A stretch of DNA of 64,000 nt from Eledone cirrhosa. Its lineage: Eukaryota. How positions within the stretch are numbered: position 1 is the first letter of the stretch; each line of letters begins with the position of its first letter. The notes beneath the pieces were generated by a model that worked only from the letters and a program-made list of their open reading frames with translations, made no database searches and was not told where the DNA came from. Location of the stretch: positions 319,300,001 through 319,364,000 of the forward strand of contig OZ024740.1 in assembly GCA_964016885.1 (NCBI GenBank). Reading direction: 5' to 3'. Shown piece by piece: positions 46,001 through 61,089 of this stretch. A program made the translations under genes and the position numbers.

Positions 46001-46640
46001 GAATCGTCTCGTCTATTTCCACAACTTACATTCTATTTGACATTCTAACGACTCTACCTATTCGAAGTTTTTCTACTACAATACTCACAACAAATAATCA
46101 AGGATTGTATCGTCTATTTCCACAACTTACATTCTATCTGACATTCTAACGACTCTACCAATTTGAAGTCTTACTACTACAATACTCACAACAAATAATC
46201 CAGAATTGTCTCGTCTATTTCCACAACTTACATTCTATCTGACATTCAAACGACTCTATCATTTCGAAGTCTTTCTCCTACAATACTAACTTCAAATAAT
46301 CCAGGATTGTCTCGTCTATTTCCACAACTTACATTCTATCTGACATTCTAACGACTCTACCAATTCGAAGTCTTTCTACTACAATACTAACAACAAATAA
46401 TCTAGGATCGTCTCGTCTAGTTCCACAACTTACATTCTATCTGACATTCAAACGACTCTACCAATTCGAAGTCTTTCTACTACAATACTCACATCAAATA
46501 ATCAAGGATTGTATCGTCTATTTCCACAACTTACATTCTATCTGACATTCTAACGACTCTACCAATTCGAAGTCTTTCTACTACAATACTAACTTCAAAT
46601 AATCCAGGATTGTCTCGTCTATTTCCACAACTTACATTCT
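40030..46640. repeat. Higher-order repeat, three copies with 19- then 22-monomer period (1919 and 2222 bp)
   Basis: T of the private CAAAAAATCAAGG at 40846/42765/44987; AGAATCGTC 40041/41960; TCGTCTAGTTCC 44191/46413. Confidence 0.9.
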
Positions 46641-49600
46641 ATTTGACATTCTAACGACTCTACCAATTCGAAGTCTTTCTACTACAATACTAACAACAAA
46701 TAATCTAGGATTGTCTCGTCTATTTCCACAACTTACATACTATCTGACATTCTAACGACTCTACCAATTCGAAGTCTTTCTACTACAATACTAACTTTAA
46801 ATAATCCAGGATTTTCTCCTCTATTTCAACAACTTACATTCTATCTGACATTCTAACGACTCTACCAATTCGAGGTCTTTCTACTACAATACTCACAACA
46901 AATAATCCAGGATTGTCTCGTCTATTTCCACACCTTACATTCTATCTGACATTCTAACGACTCTACCCATAAGCTGTATTTCTACTACAATACTAACTTC
47001 AAATAATCCAGGATTGTCACGTCTATTTCCACAACTTACATTCTATCTGATATTCTAACGACTCTACCAATTCGAAGTCTTTCTACTACAATACTAACAA
47101 CAAATAATTTAGGATTGTCTCGTCTATTTCCACAACTTACATTCTATCTGACGTTCTAACGATTCTACCCATTCGCTGTATTTCTACTAAAATACTAACT
47201 TCAAATAATCCAGGATTGTCTCGTCTATTTCCACAACTTACATTCTATCTGACATTCTAACGACTCTACCAATTCGAAGTCTTTCTACTACAATACCAAC
47301 AACAAATAATCAGGGATTGTAACGTCTGTTTCCACAACTTACATTCTATCTGACATTCTAACGACTCTACCAATTCGAAGTCTTTCTACTACAATACTCA
47401 CAACAAATAATCCAGGATTGTCTCGTCTATTTTCACAATTTACATTCTATCTGACACTCTAACGACTCTACCAATTCGATGTCTCTCTACTACAATACTA
47501 ACTTTCATTAATCCAGGATTGTCCCCTCTATTTCCACAACTTACATTCTATCTGACATGCTAACGACTCTACCAATTCGCTGTATTTCTACTACAATACT
47601 CACAACAAATAATCCAGCATAGTCTTGTCTATTTCCACAACACACATTCTAACTGACATTCTAACGACTCTACCAATTCGAAGTCTTTCTACTACAATAC
47701 TAACTTTAAATAATCCAGGATTGTCTCCTCTATTTCAACAACTTACGTTCTATCTGACATTCTAACGACTCTACCAATTCGAGGTCTTTCTACTACAATA
47801 CTCACAACAAATAATCCAGGATTGTCTCGTCTATTTCCACACCTTACATTCTATCTGACATTCTAACGACTCTACCAATTCGCTGTATTTCTACTACAAT
47901 ACTAACTTCAAATAATCCCGGATTGTCTCGTCTATTTCCACACATTACATTCTATCTGATATTCGAACGACTCTACCAATTCGAAGTATTTCTACTACAA
48001 TACTAACAACAGATAATGCAGGATTGTGTCGTCTATTTCCACGACTTACATTCTATCTGAAATTCTAACGACTCTACCAATTCGAAGTCTTTGTAATACA
48101 ATACTCACAACAAATAATCAAGGATTGTCTCGTCTATTTCCACAACGTACATTCTATCTGACATTCTAACGACTCTACCTATTCGAAGTTTTTCTACTAC
48201 AATACTCACAACAAATATCAAGGATTGTATCGTCTATTTCCACAACTTACATTCTATCTGACATTCTAACGACTCTACCAATTTGAAGTCTTTCTACTAC
48301 AATACTCACAACAAATAATCCAGAATTGTCTCGTCTATTTCCACAACTTACATTCTATCTGACATTCAAACGACTCTATCAATTCGAAGTCTTTCTCCTA
48401 CAATACTAACTTCAGATAATCCAGGATTGTCTCGTCTATTTCCACAACTTACATTCTATCTGACATTATAACGACTCTACCAATTCGAAGTCTTTCTACT
48501 ACAATACTAACAACAAATAATCTAGGATTGTCTCGTCTATTTCCACAACTTTCATTCTATCTGACATTCTAACGACTCTACCAATTCGAAGTCTTTCAAC
48601 TACAATACTAACAACAAATAATCCAGGATTGTCTCGTCTATTTCCACAAGTTACATTCTATCTGACATTCTAACGACTCTACTAATTCGAAGTCTTTCTA
48701 CTACAATACTCACAACAAATAATCCAGGATTGTCTCGTCTATTTCCACAACTTACATACTATCTGACATTCTAACGACTCTACCAATTCGAAGTCTTTCT
48801 ACTACAATACTAACTTCAAATAATCCAGGATTGTCTCGTCTATTTCCACAACTTACATTCTATCTGACATTCTAACGACTCTACCAATTTGAAATCTTTC
48901 TACTACAATACTCACAACAAATAATCCAGAATTGTCTCGTCTATTTCCACAACTTACACTCTATCTGACATTCAAACGACTCTATCAATTCGCAGTCTTT
49001 CTCCTACAATACTAACTTCAAATAATCCAGGATTGTCTCGTCTATTTCCACAACTTACATTCTATCTGACATTCTAACGACTCTACCAATTCGAAGTCTT
49101 TCTACTACAATACTAACAACAAATAATCTAGGATCGTCTCGTCTAGTTCCACAACTTACATTCTATCTGACATTCAAACGACTCTACCAATTCGAAGTCT
49201 TTCTACTACAATACTCACAACAAATAATCAAGGATTGTTTCGTCTATTTCCACAACTTACATTCTATCTGACATTCTAACGACTCTACCAATTCGAAGTC
49301 TTTCTACTACAATACTAACTTCAAATAATCCAGGATTGTCTCGTCTATTTCCACAACTTACATTCTATTTGACATTCTAACGACTCGACCAATTCGAAGT
49401 CTTTCTACTACAATACTAACAACAAATAATCTAGGATTGTCTCGTCTATTTCCACAACTTTCATTCTATCTGACATTCTAACGACTCTACCAATTCGAAG
49501 TCTTTCTACTAAAATACTAACTTCAAATAATCCAGGATTTTCTCCTCTATTTCAACAACTTACATTCTATCTGACATTCTAACGACTCTACCAATTCGAG

Positions 49601-51050
49601 GTCTTTCTACTACAATACTCACAACAAATAATCCAGAATTGTCTCGTCTATTTCCACACCTTACATTCTATCTGACATTCTAACGACTCTACCCATAAGC
49701 TGTATTTCTACTACAATACTAACTTCAAATAATCCAGGATTGTCACGTCTATTTCCACAACTTACATTCTATCTGATATTCTAACGACTCTACCAATTCG
49801 AAGTCTTTCTACTACAATACTAACAACAAATAATTTAGGATTGTCTCGTCTATTTCCACAACTTACATTCTATCTGACGTTCTAACGATTCTACCCATTC
49901 GCTGTATTTCTACTAAAATACTAACTTCAAATAATCCAGGATTGTCTCGTCTATTTCCACAACTTACATTCTATCTGACATTCTAACGACTCGACCAATT
50001 CGAAGTCTTTCTACTACAATACTCACAACAAATAATCAGGGATTGTAACGTCTGTTTCCACAACTTACATTCTATCTGACATTCTAACGACTCTACCAAT
50101 TCGAAGTCTTTCTACTACAATACTCACAACAAATAAACCAGGATTGTCTCGTCTATTTTCACAATTTACATTCTATCTGACACTCTAACGACTCTACCAA
50201 TTCGATGTCTCTCTACTACAATACTAACTTTCATTAATCCAGGATTGTCCCCTCTATTTCCACAACTTACATTCTATCTGACATGCTAACGACTCTACCA
50301 ATTCGCTGTATTTCTACTACAATACTCACAACAAATAATCCAGCATAGTCTTGTCTATTTCCACAACACACATTCTAACTGACATTCTAACGACTCTACC
50401 AATTCGAAGTCTTTCTACTACAATACTAACTTTAAATAATCCAGGATTGTCTCCTCTATTTCAACAACTTACGTTCTATCTGACATTCTAACGACTCTAC
50501 CAATTCGAGGTCTTTCTACTACAATACTCACAACAAATAATCCAGGATTGTCTCGTCTATTTCCACACCTTACATTCTATCTGACATTCTAACGACTCTA
50601 CCAATTCGCTGTATTTCTACTACAATACTAACTTCAAATAATCCCGGATTGTCTCGTCTATTTCCACACATTACATTCTATCTGATATTCGAACGACTCT
50701 ACCAATTCGAAGTATTTCTACTACAATACTAACAACAGATAATGCAGGATTGTGTCGTCTATTTCCACGACTTACATTCTATCTGAAATTCTAACGACTC
50801 TACCAATTCGAATTCTTTGTAATACAATACTCACAACAAATAATCAAGGATTGTCTCGTCTATTTCCACAACGTACATTCTATCTGACATTCTAACGACT
50901 CTACCTATTCGAAGTTTTTCTACTACAATACTCACAACAAATATCAAGGATTGTATCGTCTATTTCCACAACTTACATTCTATCTGACATTCTAACGACT
51001 CTACCAATTTGAAGTCTTTCTACTACAATACTCACAACAAATAATCCAGG
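46280..51050. repeat. Block repeated at a 27-monomer offset (2726 bp, including a shared 1-bp deletion)
   Basis: CAGGGATTGTAACGTCTGTT 47311/50037; GGATCGTCTCGTCTAG 46405/49131; AAATATCAAGG deletion at ~48217/~50943. Confidence 0.9.
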
Positions 51051-54000
51051 ATTGTCACGTCTATTTCCACAACTTACATTCTATCTGACATTCAAACGAC
51101 TCTATCATTTCGAAGTCTTTCTCCTACAATACTAACTTCAAATAATCCAGGATTGTCTCGTCTATTTCCACAACTTACATTCTATCTGACATTCAAACGA
51201 CTCTATCAATTCGAAGTCTTTCTACTACAATACTAACAACAAATAATCTAGGATCGTCTCGTCTATTTCCACAACTTACATTCTATCTGACATTCAAACG
51301 ACTCTATCAATTCGAAGTCTTTCTACTACAATACTCACAACAAATAATCAAGGATTGTCTCCTCTCTTTCCACAACTTACATTCTATCTGACATTCTAAC
51401 GACTCTACCAATTTGAAGTCTTTCTACTACAATACTCACAACAAATAATCCAGGATTGTCACGTCTATTTCCACAACACACATTCTAACTGACATTCAAA
51501 CGACTCTATCAATTCGAAGTCTTTCTACTACAATACTAACAACAAATAATCTAGGATCGTCTCGTCTATTTCCACAACTTACATTCTATCTGACATTCAA
51601 ACGACTCTATCAATTCGAAGTCTTTCTACTACAATACTCACAACAAATAATCAAGGATTGTCTCCTCTCTTTCAACAACTTACATTCTATCTGACATTCT
51701 AACGACTCTACCAATTCGAAGTCTTTCTACTACAATACTAACTTTAAATAATCCAGGATTGTCTCCTCTCTTTCAACAACTTACATTCTATCTGACATTC
51801 TAACGACTCTACCAATTCGAGGTCTTTCTACTACGATACTCACAACAAATAATCCAGGATTGTCTCGTCTATTTCCACAACTTACACTCTATCTGACATT
51901 CAAACGACTCTATCAATTCGAAGTCTTTCTCCTACAATACTAACTTCAAATAATCCAGGATTGTCTCGTCTATTTCCACAACTTACATTCTATCTGACAT
52001 TCTAACGACTCTATCAATTCGAAGTCTTTCTACTACAATACTCACAACAAATAATCCAGAATTGTCTCGTCTATTTCCACAACTTACACTCTATCTGACA
52101 TTCAAACGACTCTACCAATTCGAAGTCTTTCTACTACAATACTAACTTCAAATAATCCAGGATTGTCTCGTCTATTTCCACAACTTACATTCTATCTGAC
52201 ATTCTAACGACTCTACCAATTCGAAGTCTTTCTACTACAATACTCACAACAAATAATCAAGGATTGTATCGTCTATTTCCACAACTTACATTCTATCTGA
52301 CATTCTAACGACTCTACCAATTCGAAGTCTTTCTACTACAATACTAACTTCAAATAATCCAGGATTGTCTCGTCTATTTCCACAACTTACATTCTATCTG
52401 ATATTCTAACGACTCTACCAATTCGAAGTCTTTCTACTACAATACTAACAACAAATAATCTAGGATTGTCTCGTCTATTTCCACAACTTACATACTATCT
52501 GACATTCTAACGACTCTACCAATTCGAAGTCTTTCTACTACAATACTAACTTTAAATAATCCAGGATTTTCTCCTCTATTTCAACAACTTACATTCTATC
52601 TGACATTCTAACGACTCTACCAATTCGAGGTCTTTCTACTACAATACTCACAACAAATAATCCAGGATTGTCTCGTCTATTTCCACACCTTACATTCTAT
52701 CTGACATTCTAACGACTCTACCCATAAGCTGTATTTCTACTACAATACTAACTTCAAATAATCCAGGATTGTCACGTCTATTTCCACAACTTACATTCTA
52801 TCTGATATTCTAACGACTCTACCAATTCGAAGTCTTTCTACTACAATACTAACAACAAATAATTTAGGATTGTCTCGTCTATTTCCACAACTTACATTCT
52901 ATCTGACGTTCTAACGATTCTACCCATTCGCTGTATTTCTACTAAAATACTAACTTCAAATAATCCAGGATTGTCTCGTCTATTTCCACAACTTACATTC
53001 TATCTGACATTCTAACGACTCTAACAATTCGAGGTCTTTCTACTACGATACTCACAACAAATAATCCAGGATTGTCTCGTCTATTTCCACACCTTACATT
53101 CTATCTGACATTCTAACGACTCTACCAATTCGAAGTCTTTCTACTACAATACTCACAACAAATAATCAAGGATTGTATCGTTTATTTCCACAACTTAGAG
53201 TCTATCTGACATTCAAACGACTCTATCAATTCGCTGTCTTTCTACTACAATACTAACTTCAAATAATCCAGGATTGTCTCGTCTATTTCCACAACTTACA
53301 TACTATCTGACATTCTAACGACTCTACCAATTCGAAGTCTTTCTACTACAATACTAATTTTAAATAATCCAGGATTGTCTCCTCTCTTTCAACAACTTAC
53401 ATTCTATCTGACATTCTAACGACTCTACCAATTCGAGGTCTTTCTACTACGATACTCACAACAAATAATCCAGGATTGTCTCGTCTATTTCCACACCTTA
53501 CATTCTATCTGACATTCTAACGACTCTACCAATTCGAAGTCTTTCTACTACAATACTCACAACAAATAATCCAGGATTGTCTCGTCTATTTTCACAATTT
53601 ACATTCTATCTGATACTCTAACGACTCTACCAATTCGATGTCTCTCTACTACAATACTAACTTTCATTAATCCAGGATTGTCCCCTCTATTTCCACAACT
53701 TACATTCTATCTGACATGCTAACGACTCTACCAATTCGCTGTATTTCTACTACAATACTCACAACAAATAATCCAGCATAGTCTTGTCTATTTCCACAAC
53801 ACACATTCTAACTGACATTCTAACGACTCTACCAATTCGAAGTCTTTCTACTACAATACTCACAACAAATCATCCAGGATTGTCTCCTCTATTTCCACAA
53901 CTTACATACTATCTGACATTCTAACGACTCTACCAATTCGAAGTCTTTCTACTACAATACTAACTTTAAATAATCCAGGATTGTCTCCTCTATTTCAACA

Positions 54001-56077
54001 ACTTACGTTCTATCTGACATTCTAACGACTCTACCAATTCGAGGTCTTTCTACTACAATACTCACAACAAATAATCCAGGATTGTCTCGTCTATTTCCAC
54101 ACCTTACATTTTATCTGACATTCAAACGACTCTACCAATTCGCTGTATTTCTACTACAATGCTAACTTCAAATAATCCCGGATTGTCTCGTCTATTTCCA
54201 CACATTACATTCTATCTGACATTCAAACGACTCTATCATTTCGAAGTCTTTCTCCTACAATACTAACTTCAAATAATCCAGGATTGTCTCGTCTATTTCC
54301 AAAACTTACATTCTATCTGACATTCTAACGACTCTACCAATTCGAAGTCTTTCTACTACAATACTCACAACAAATAATCAAGGATTGTATCGTTTATTTC
54401 CACAACTTACATTCTACCTGACATTCAAACGACTCTATCAATTCGAAGTCTTTCTACTACAATACTAACTTCAAATAATCCAGGATTGTCTCGTCTATTT
54501 CCACAACTTACATACTATCTGACATTCTAACGACTCTACCAATTCGAAGTCTTTCTACTACAATACTAACTTTAAATAATCCAGGATTGTCTCGTCTATT
54601 TCCACAACTTACATTCTATCTGACATTCTAACGACTCTAACAATTCGAGGTCTTTCTACTACGATTCTCACAACAAATAATCCAGGATTGTCTCGTCTAT
54701 TTCCACACCTTACATTCTATCTGACATTCTAACGACTCTACCAATTTGAAGTCTTTCTACTACAATACTCACAACAAATAATGCAGGATTGTCTCGTCTA
54801 TTTCCACAACTTACATTCTATCTGACATTCTAACGACTCTACCAATTCGAAGACTTTCTACTACAATACTCACAACAAATAATCAAGGATTGTCTCGTCT
54901 ATTTCCACAACGTACATTCTAACTGACATTCTAACGACTCTACCTATTCGAAGTTTTTCTACTACAATACTCACAACAAATAATCAAGGATTGTATCGTC
55001 TATTTCCACAACTTACATTCTATCTGACATTCTAACGACTCTACCAATTTGAAGTCTTTCTACTACAATACTCACAACAAATAATCCAGAATTGTCTCGT
55101 CTATTTCCACAACTTACACTCTATCTGACATTCAAACGACTCTATCAATTCGAAGTCTTTCTCCTACAATACTAACTTCAAATAATCCAGGATTGTCTCG
55201 TCTATTTCCACAACTTACATTCTATCTGACATTCTAACGACTCTACCAATTCGAAGTCTTTCTACAACAATACTAACAACAAATAATCTAGGATTGTCTC
55301 GTCTATTTCCACAACTTACATTCTATCTGACATTCAAACGACTCTACCAATTCGAAGTCTTTCTACTACAATACTCACAACAAATAATCAAGGATTGTAT
55401 CGTCTATTTCCACAACTTACATTCTATCTGACATTCTAACGACTCTACCGATTCGAAGTCTTTCTACTACAATACTCACAACAAATAATCCAGAATTGTC
55501 TCGTCTATTTCCACAACTTACATTCTATCTGACATTCAAACGACTCTATCAATTCGAAGTCTTTCTACTACAATACTAACTTCAAATAATCCAGGATTGT
55601 CTCGTCTATTTCCACAAATTACATTCTATTTGACATTCTAACGACTCTACCAATTCGAAGTCTTTCTACTACAATACTAACAACAAATAATCTAGGATTG
55701 TCTCGTCTATTTCCACAACTTACATTCTATTTGACATTCTAACGACTCTACCGATTCGATGTCTTTCTACTACAATACTCACAACAAATAATCCAGGATT
55801 GTCTCGTCTATTTTCACAATTTACATTCTATCTGATACTCTAACGACTCTACCAATTCGATGTCTCTCTACTACAATACTAACTTTCATTAATCCAGGAT
55901 TGTCCCCTCTATTTCCACAACTTACATTCTATCTGACATGCTAACGACTCTACCAATTCGCTGTATTTCTACTACAATACTCACAACAAATAATCCAGCA
56001 TAGTCTTGTCTATTTCCACAACACACATTCTAACTGACATTCTAACGACTCTACCAATTCGAAGTCTTTCTACTACA

Positions 56078-56125
56078 ATACTCACAACAAATCATCCAGG
56101 ATACTCACAACAAATAATCCAGGAT
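56078..56125. other. Out-of-register junction adding 23 bp (copy 1)
   Basis: ATACTCACAACAAATCATCCAGG-AT-ACTCACAACAAATAATCCAGGAT: monomer position 56 joins position 34 through a shared AT. Confidence 0.95.
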
Positions 56126-58423
56126 TGTCTCGTCTATTTCCACACCTTACATTCTATCTGACATTCTAACGACTCTACCAATTCGAAGTCTTTCTACTAC
56201 AATACTCACAACAAATAATCCAGGATTGTCTCGTCTATTTTCACAATTTACATTCTATCTGATACTCTAACGACTCTACCAATTCGATGTCTCTCTACTA
56301 CAATACTAACTTTCATTAATCCAGGATTGTCCCCTCTATTTCCACAACTTACATTCTATCTGACATGCTAACGACTCTACCAATTCGCTGTATTTCTACT
56401 ACAATACTCACAACAAATAATCCAGCATAGTCTTGTCTATTTCCACAACACACATTCTAACTGACATTCTAACGACTCTACCAATTCGAAGTCTTTCTAC
56501 TACAATACTCACAACAAATCATCCAGGATTGTCTCCTCTATTTCCACAACTTAGATACTATCTGACATTCTAACGACTCTACCAATTCGAAGTCTTTCTA
56601 CTACAATACTAACTTTAAATAATCCAGGATTGTCTCCTCTATTTCAACAACTTACGTTCTATCTGACATTCTAACGACTCTACCAATTCGAGGTCTCTCT
56701 ACTACAATGCTCACAACAAATAATCCAGAATTGTCTCGTCTATTTCCACACCTTACATTCTATCTGACATTCAAACGACTCTACCAATTCGCTGTATTTC
56801 TACTACAATGCTAACTTCAAATAATCCCGGATTGTCTCGTCTATTTCCACACATTACATTCTATCTGACATTCAAACGACTCTATCATTTCGAAGTCTTT
56901 CTCCTACAATACTAACTTCAAATAATCCAGGATTGTCTCGTCTATTTCCAAAACTTACATTCTATCTGACATTCTAACGACTCTACCAATTCGAAGTCTT
57001 TCTACTACAATACTAACAACAAATAATGTAGGATCGTCTCGTCTATTTCCACAACTTACATTCTATCTGACATTCAAACGACTCTACCAATTCGAAGTCT
57101 TTCTACTACAATACTCACAACAAATAATCAAGGATTGTATCGTTTATTTCCACAACTTACATTCTATCTGACATTCAAACGACTCTATCAATTCGAAGTC
57201 TTTCTACTACAATACTAACTTCAAATAATCAAGGATTGTCTCGTCTATTTCCACAACTTACATACTATCTGACATTCTAACGACTCTACCAATTCGAAGT
57301 CTTTCTACTACAATACTAACTTTAAATAATCCAGGATTGTCTCGTCTATTTCCACAACTTACATTCTATCTGACATTCTAACGACTCTAACAATTCGAGG
57401 TCTTTCTACTACGATACTCACAACAAATAATCCAGGATTGTCTCGTCTATTTCCACACCTTACATTCTATCTGCCATTCTAACGACTCTACCAATTTGAA
57501 GTCTTTCTACTACAATACTCACAACAAATAATGCAGGATTGTCTCGTCTATTTCCACAACTTACATTCTATCTGACATTCTAACGACTCTACCAATTCGA
57601 AGACTTTCTACTACAATACTCACAACAAATAATCAAGGATTGTCTCGTCTATTTCCACAACGTACATTCTAACTGACATTCTAACGACTCTACCTATTCG
57701 AAGTTTTTCTACTACAATACTCACAACAAATAATCAAGGATTGTATCGTCTATTTCCACAACTTACATTCTATCTGACATTCTAACGACTCTACCAATTT
57801 GAAGTCTTTCTACTACAATACTCACAACAAATAATCCAGAATTGTCTCGTCTATTTCCACAACTTACACTCTATCTGACATTCAAACGACTCTATCAATT
57901 CGAAGTCTTTCTCCTACAATACTAACTTCAAATAATCCAGGATTGTCTCGTCTATTTCCACAACTTACATTCTATCTGACATTCTAACGACTCTACCAAT
58001 TCGAAGTTTTTCTAATACAATACTAACAACAAATAATCTAGGATTGTCTCGTCTATTTCCACAACTTACATTCTATTTGACATTCTAACGACTCTACCGA
58101 TTCGATGTCTTTCTACTACAATACTCACAACAAATAATCCAGGATTGTCTCGTCTATTTTCACAATTTACATTCTATCTGATACTCTAACGACTCTACCA
58201 ATTCGATGTCTCTCTACTACAATACTAACTTTCATTAATCCAGGATTGTCCCCTCTATTTCCACAACTTACATTCTATCTGACATGCTAACGACTCTACC
58301 AATTCGCTGTATTTCTACTACAATACTCACAACAAATAATCCAGCATAGTCTTGTCTATTTCCACAACACACATTCTAACTGACATTCTAACGACTCTAC
58401 CAATTCGAAGTCTTTCTACTACA

Positions 58424-58471
58424 ATACTCACAACAAATCATCCAGGATACTCACAACAAATAATCCAGGAT
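58424..58471. other. Out-of-register junction adding 23 bp (copy 2)
   Basis: Identical junction sequence 2346 bp downstream of copy 1. Confidence 0.95.
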
Positions 58472-61089
58472 TGTCTCGTCTATTTCCACACCTTACATTC
58501 TATCTGACATTCTAACGACTCTACCAATTCGAAGTCTTTCTACTACAATACTCACAACAAATAATCCAGGATTGTCTCGTCTATTTTCACAATTTACATT
58601 CTATCTGATACTCTAACGACTCTACCAATTCGATGTCTCTCTACTACAATACTAACTTTCATTAATCCAGGATTGTCCCCTCTATTTCCACAACTTACAT
58701 TCTATCTGACATGCTAACGACTCTACCAATTCGCTGTATTTCTACTACAATACTCACAACAAATAATCCAGCATAGTCTTGTCTATTTCCACAACACACA
58801 TTCTAACTGACATTCTAACGACTCTACCAATTCGAAGTCTTTCTACTACAATACTCACAACAAATCATCCAGGATTGTCTCCTCTATTTCCACAACTTAC
58901 ATACTATCTGACATTCTAACGACTCTACCAATTCGAAGTCTTTCTACTACAATACTAACTTTAAATAATCCAGGATTGTCTCCTCTATTTCAACAACTTA
59001 CGTTCTATCTGACATTCTAACGACTCTACCAATTCGAGGTCTCTCTACTACAATGCTCACAACAAATAATCCAGAATTGTCTCGTCTATTTCCACACCTT
59101 ACATTCTATCTGACATTCAAACGACTCTACCAATTCGCTGTATTTCTACTACAATGCTAACTTCAAATAATCCCGGATTGTCTCGTCTATTTCCACACAT
59201 TACATTCTATCTGACATTCAAACGACTCTATCATTTCGAAGTCTTTCTCCTACAATACTAACTTCAAATAATCCAGGATTGTCTCGTCTATTTCCAAAAC
59301 TTACATTCTATCTGACATTCTAACGACTCTACCAATTCGAAGTCTTTCTACTACAATACTAACAACAAATAATGTAGGATCGTCTCGTCTATTTCCACAA
59401 CTTACATTCTATCTGACATTCAAACGACTCTACCAATTCGAAGTCTTTCTACTACAATACTCACAACAAATAATCAAGGATTGTATCGTTTATTTCCACA
59501 ACTTACATTCTATCTGACATTCAAACGACTCTATCAATTCGAAGTCTTTCTACTACAATACTAACTTCAAATAATCAAGGATTGTCTCGTCTATTTCCAC
59601 AACTTACATACTATCTGACATTCTAACGACTCTACCAATTCGAAGTCTTTCTACTACAATACTAACTTTAAATAATCCAGGATTGTCTCGTCTATTTCCA
59701 CAACTTACATTCTATCTGACATTCTAACGACTCTAACAATTCGAGGTCTTTCTACTACGATACTCACAACAAATAATCCAGGATTGTCTCGTCTATTTCC
59801 ACACCTTACATTCTATCTGCCATTCTAACGACTCTACCAATTTGAAGTCTTTCTACTACAATACTCACAACAAATAATGCAGGATTGTCTCGTCTATTTC
59901 CACAACTTACATTCTATCTGACATTCTAACGACTCTACCAATTCGAAGACTTTCTACTACAATACTCACAACAAATAATCAAGGATTGTCTCGTCTATTT
60001 CCACAACGTACATTCTAACTGACATTCTAACGACTCTACCTATTCGAAGTTTTTCTACTACAATACTCACAACAAATAATCAAGGATTGTATCGTCTATT
60101 TCCACAACTTACATTCTATCTGACATTCTAACGACTCTACCAATTTGAAGTCTTTCTACTACAATACTCACAACAAATAATCCAGAATTGTCTCGTCTAT
60201 TTCCACAACTTACACTCTATCTGACATTCAAACGACTCTATCAATTCGAAGTCTTTCTCCTACAATACTAACTTCAAATAATCCAGGATTGTCTCGTCTA
60301 TTTCCACAACTTACATTCTATCTGACATTCTAACGACTCTACCAATTCGAAGTCTTTCTAATACAATACTAACAACAAATAATCTAGGATTGTCTCGTCT
60401 ATTTCCACAACTTACATTCTATCTGACATTCACACGACTCTACCAATTCGAAGTCTTTCTACTACAATACTCACAACAAATAATCAAGGATTGTATCGTC
60501 TATTTCCACAACTTACATTCTATCTGACATTCTAACGACTCTACCGATTCGAAGTCTTTCTACTACAATACTCACAACAAATAATCCAGAATTGTCTCGT
60601 CTATTTCCACAACTTACATTCTATCTGACATTCAAACGACTCTATCAATTCGAAGTCTTTCTACTACAATACTAACTTCAAATAATCCAGGATTGTCTCG
60701 TCTATTTCCACAAATTACATTCTATTTGACATTCTAACGACTCTACCAATTCGAAGTCTTTCTACTACAATACTAACAACAAATAATCTAGGATTGTCTC
60801 GTCTATTTCCACAACTTACATTCTATTTGACATTCTAACGACTCTACCGATTCGATGTCTTTCTACTACAATACTCACAACAAATAATCCAGGATTGTAT
60901 CGTCTATTTCCACAACTTACATTCTATCTGACATTCTAACGACTCTACCAATTCGAAGTCTTTCTACTACAATACTCACAACAAATAATCCAGAATTGTC
61001 TCGTCTATTTCCACAACATACATACTATCTGACATTCAAACGACTCTACCAATTCGAAGTCTTTCTACTACAATACTAACTTCAAATAA

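Larger units (their letters stand above)
53440..60880. repeat. Higher-order repeat, three copies; the youngest pair is a 2346-bp (23x101+23) tandem duplication at ~55680-60370
   Basis: CCGATTCGATG 55751/58097; +23 junction 56101/58447; TCTAATACAA 58011/60357; an older copy at offset 2649 (CCAGCATAG 53773/56422). Confidence 0.92.
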
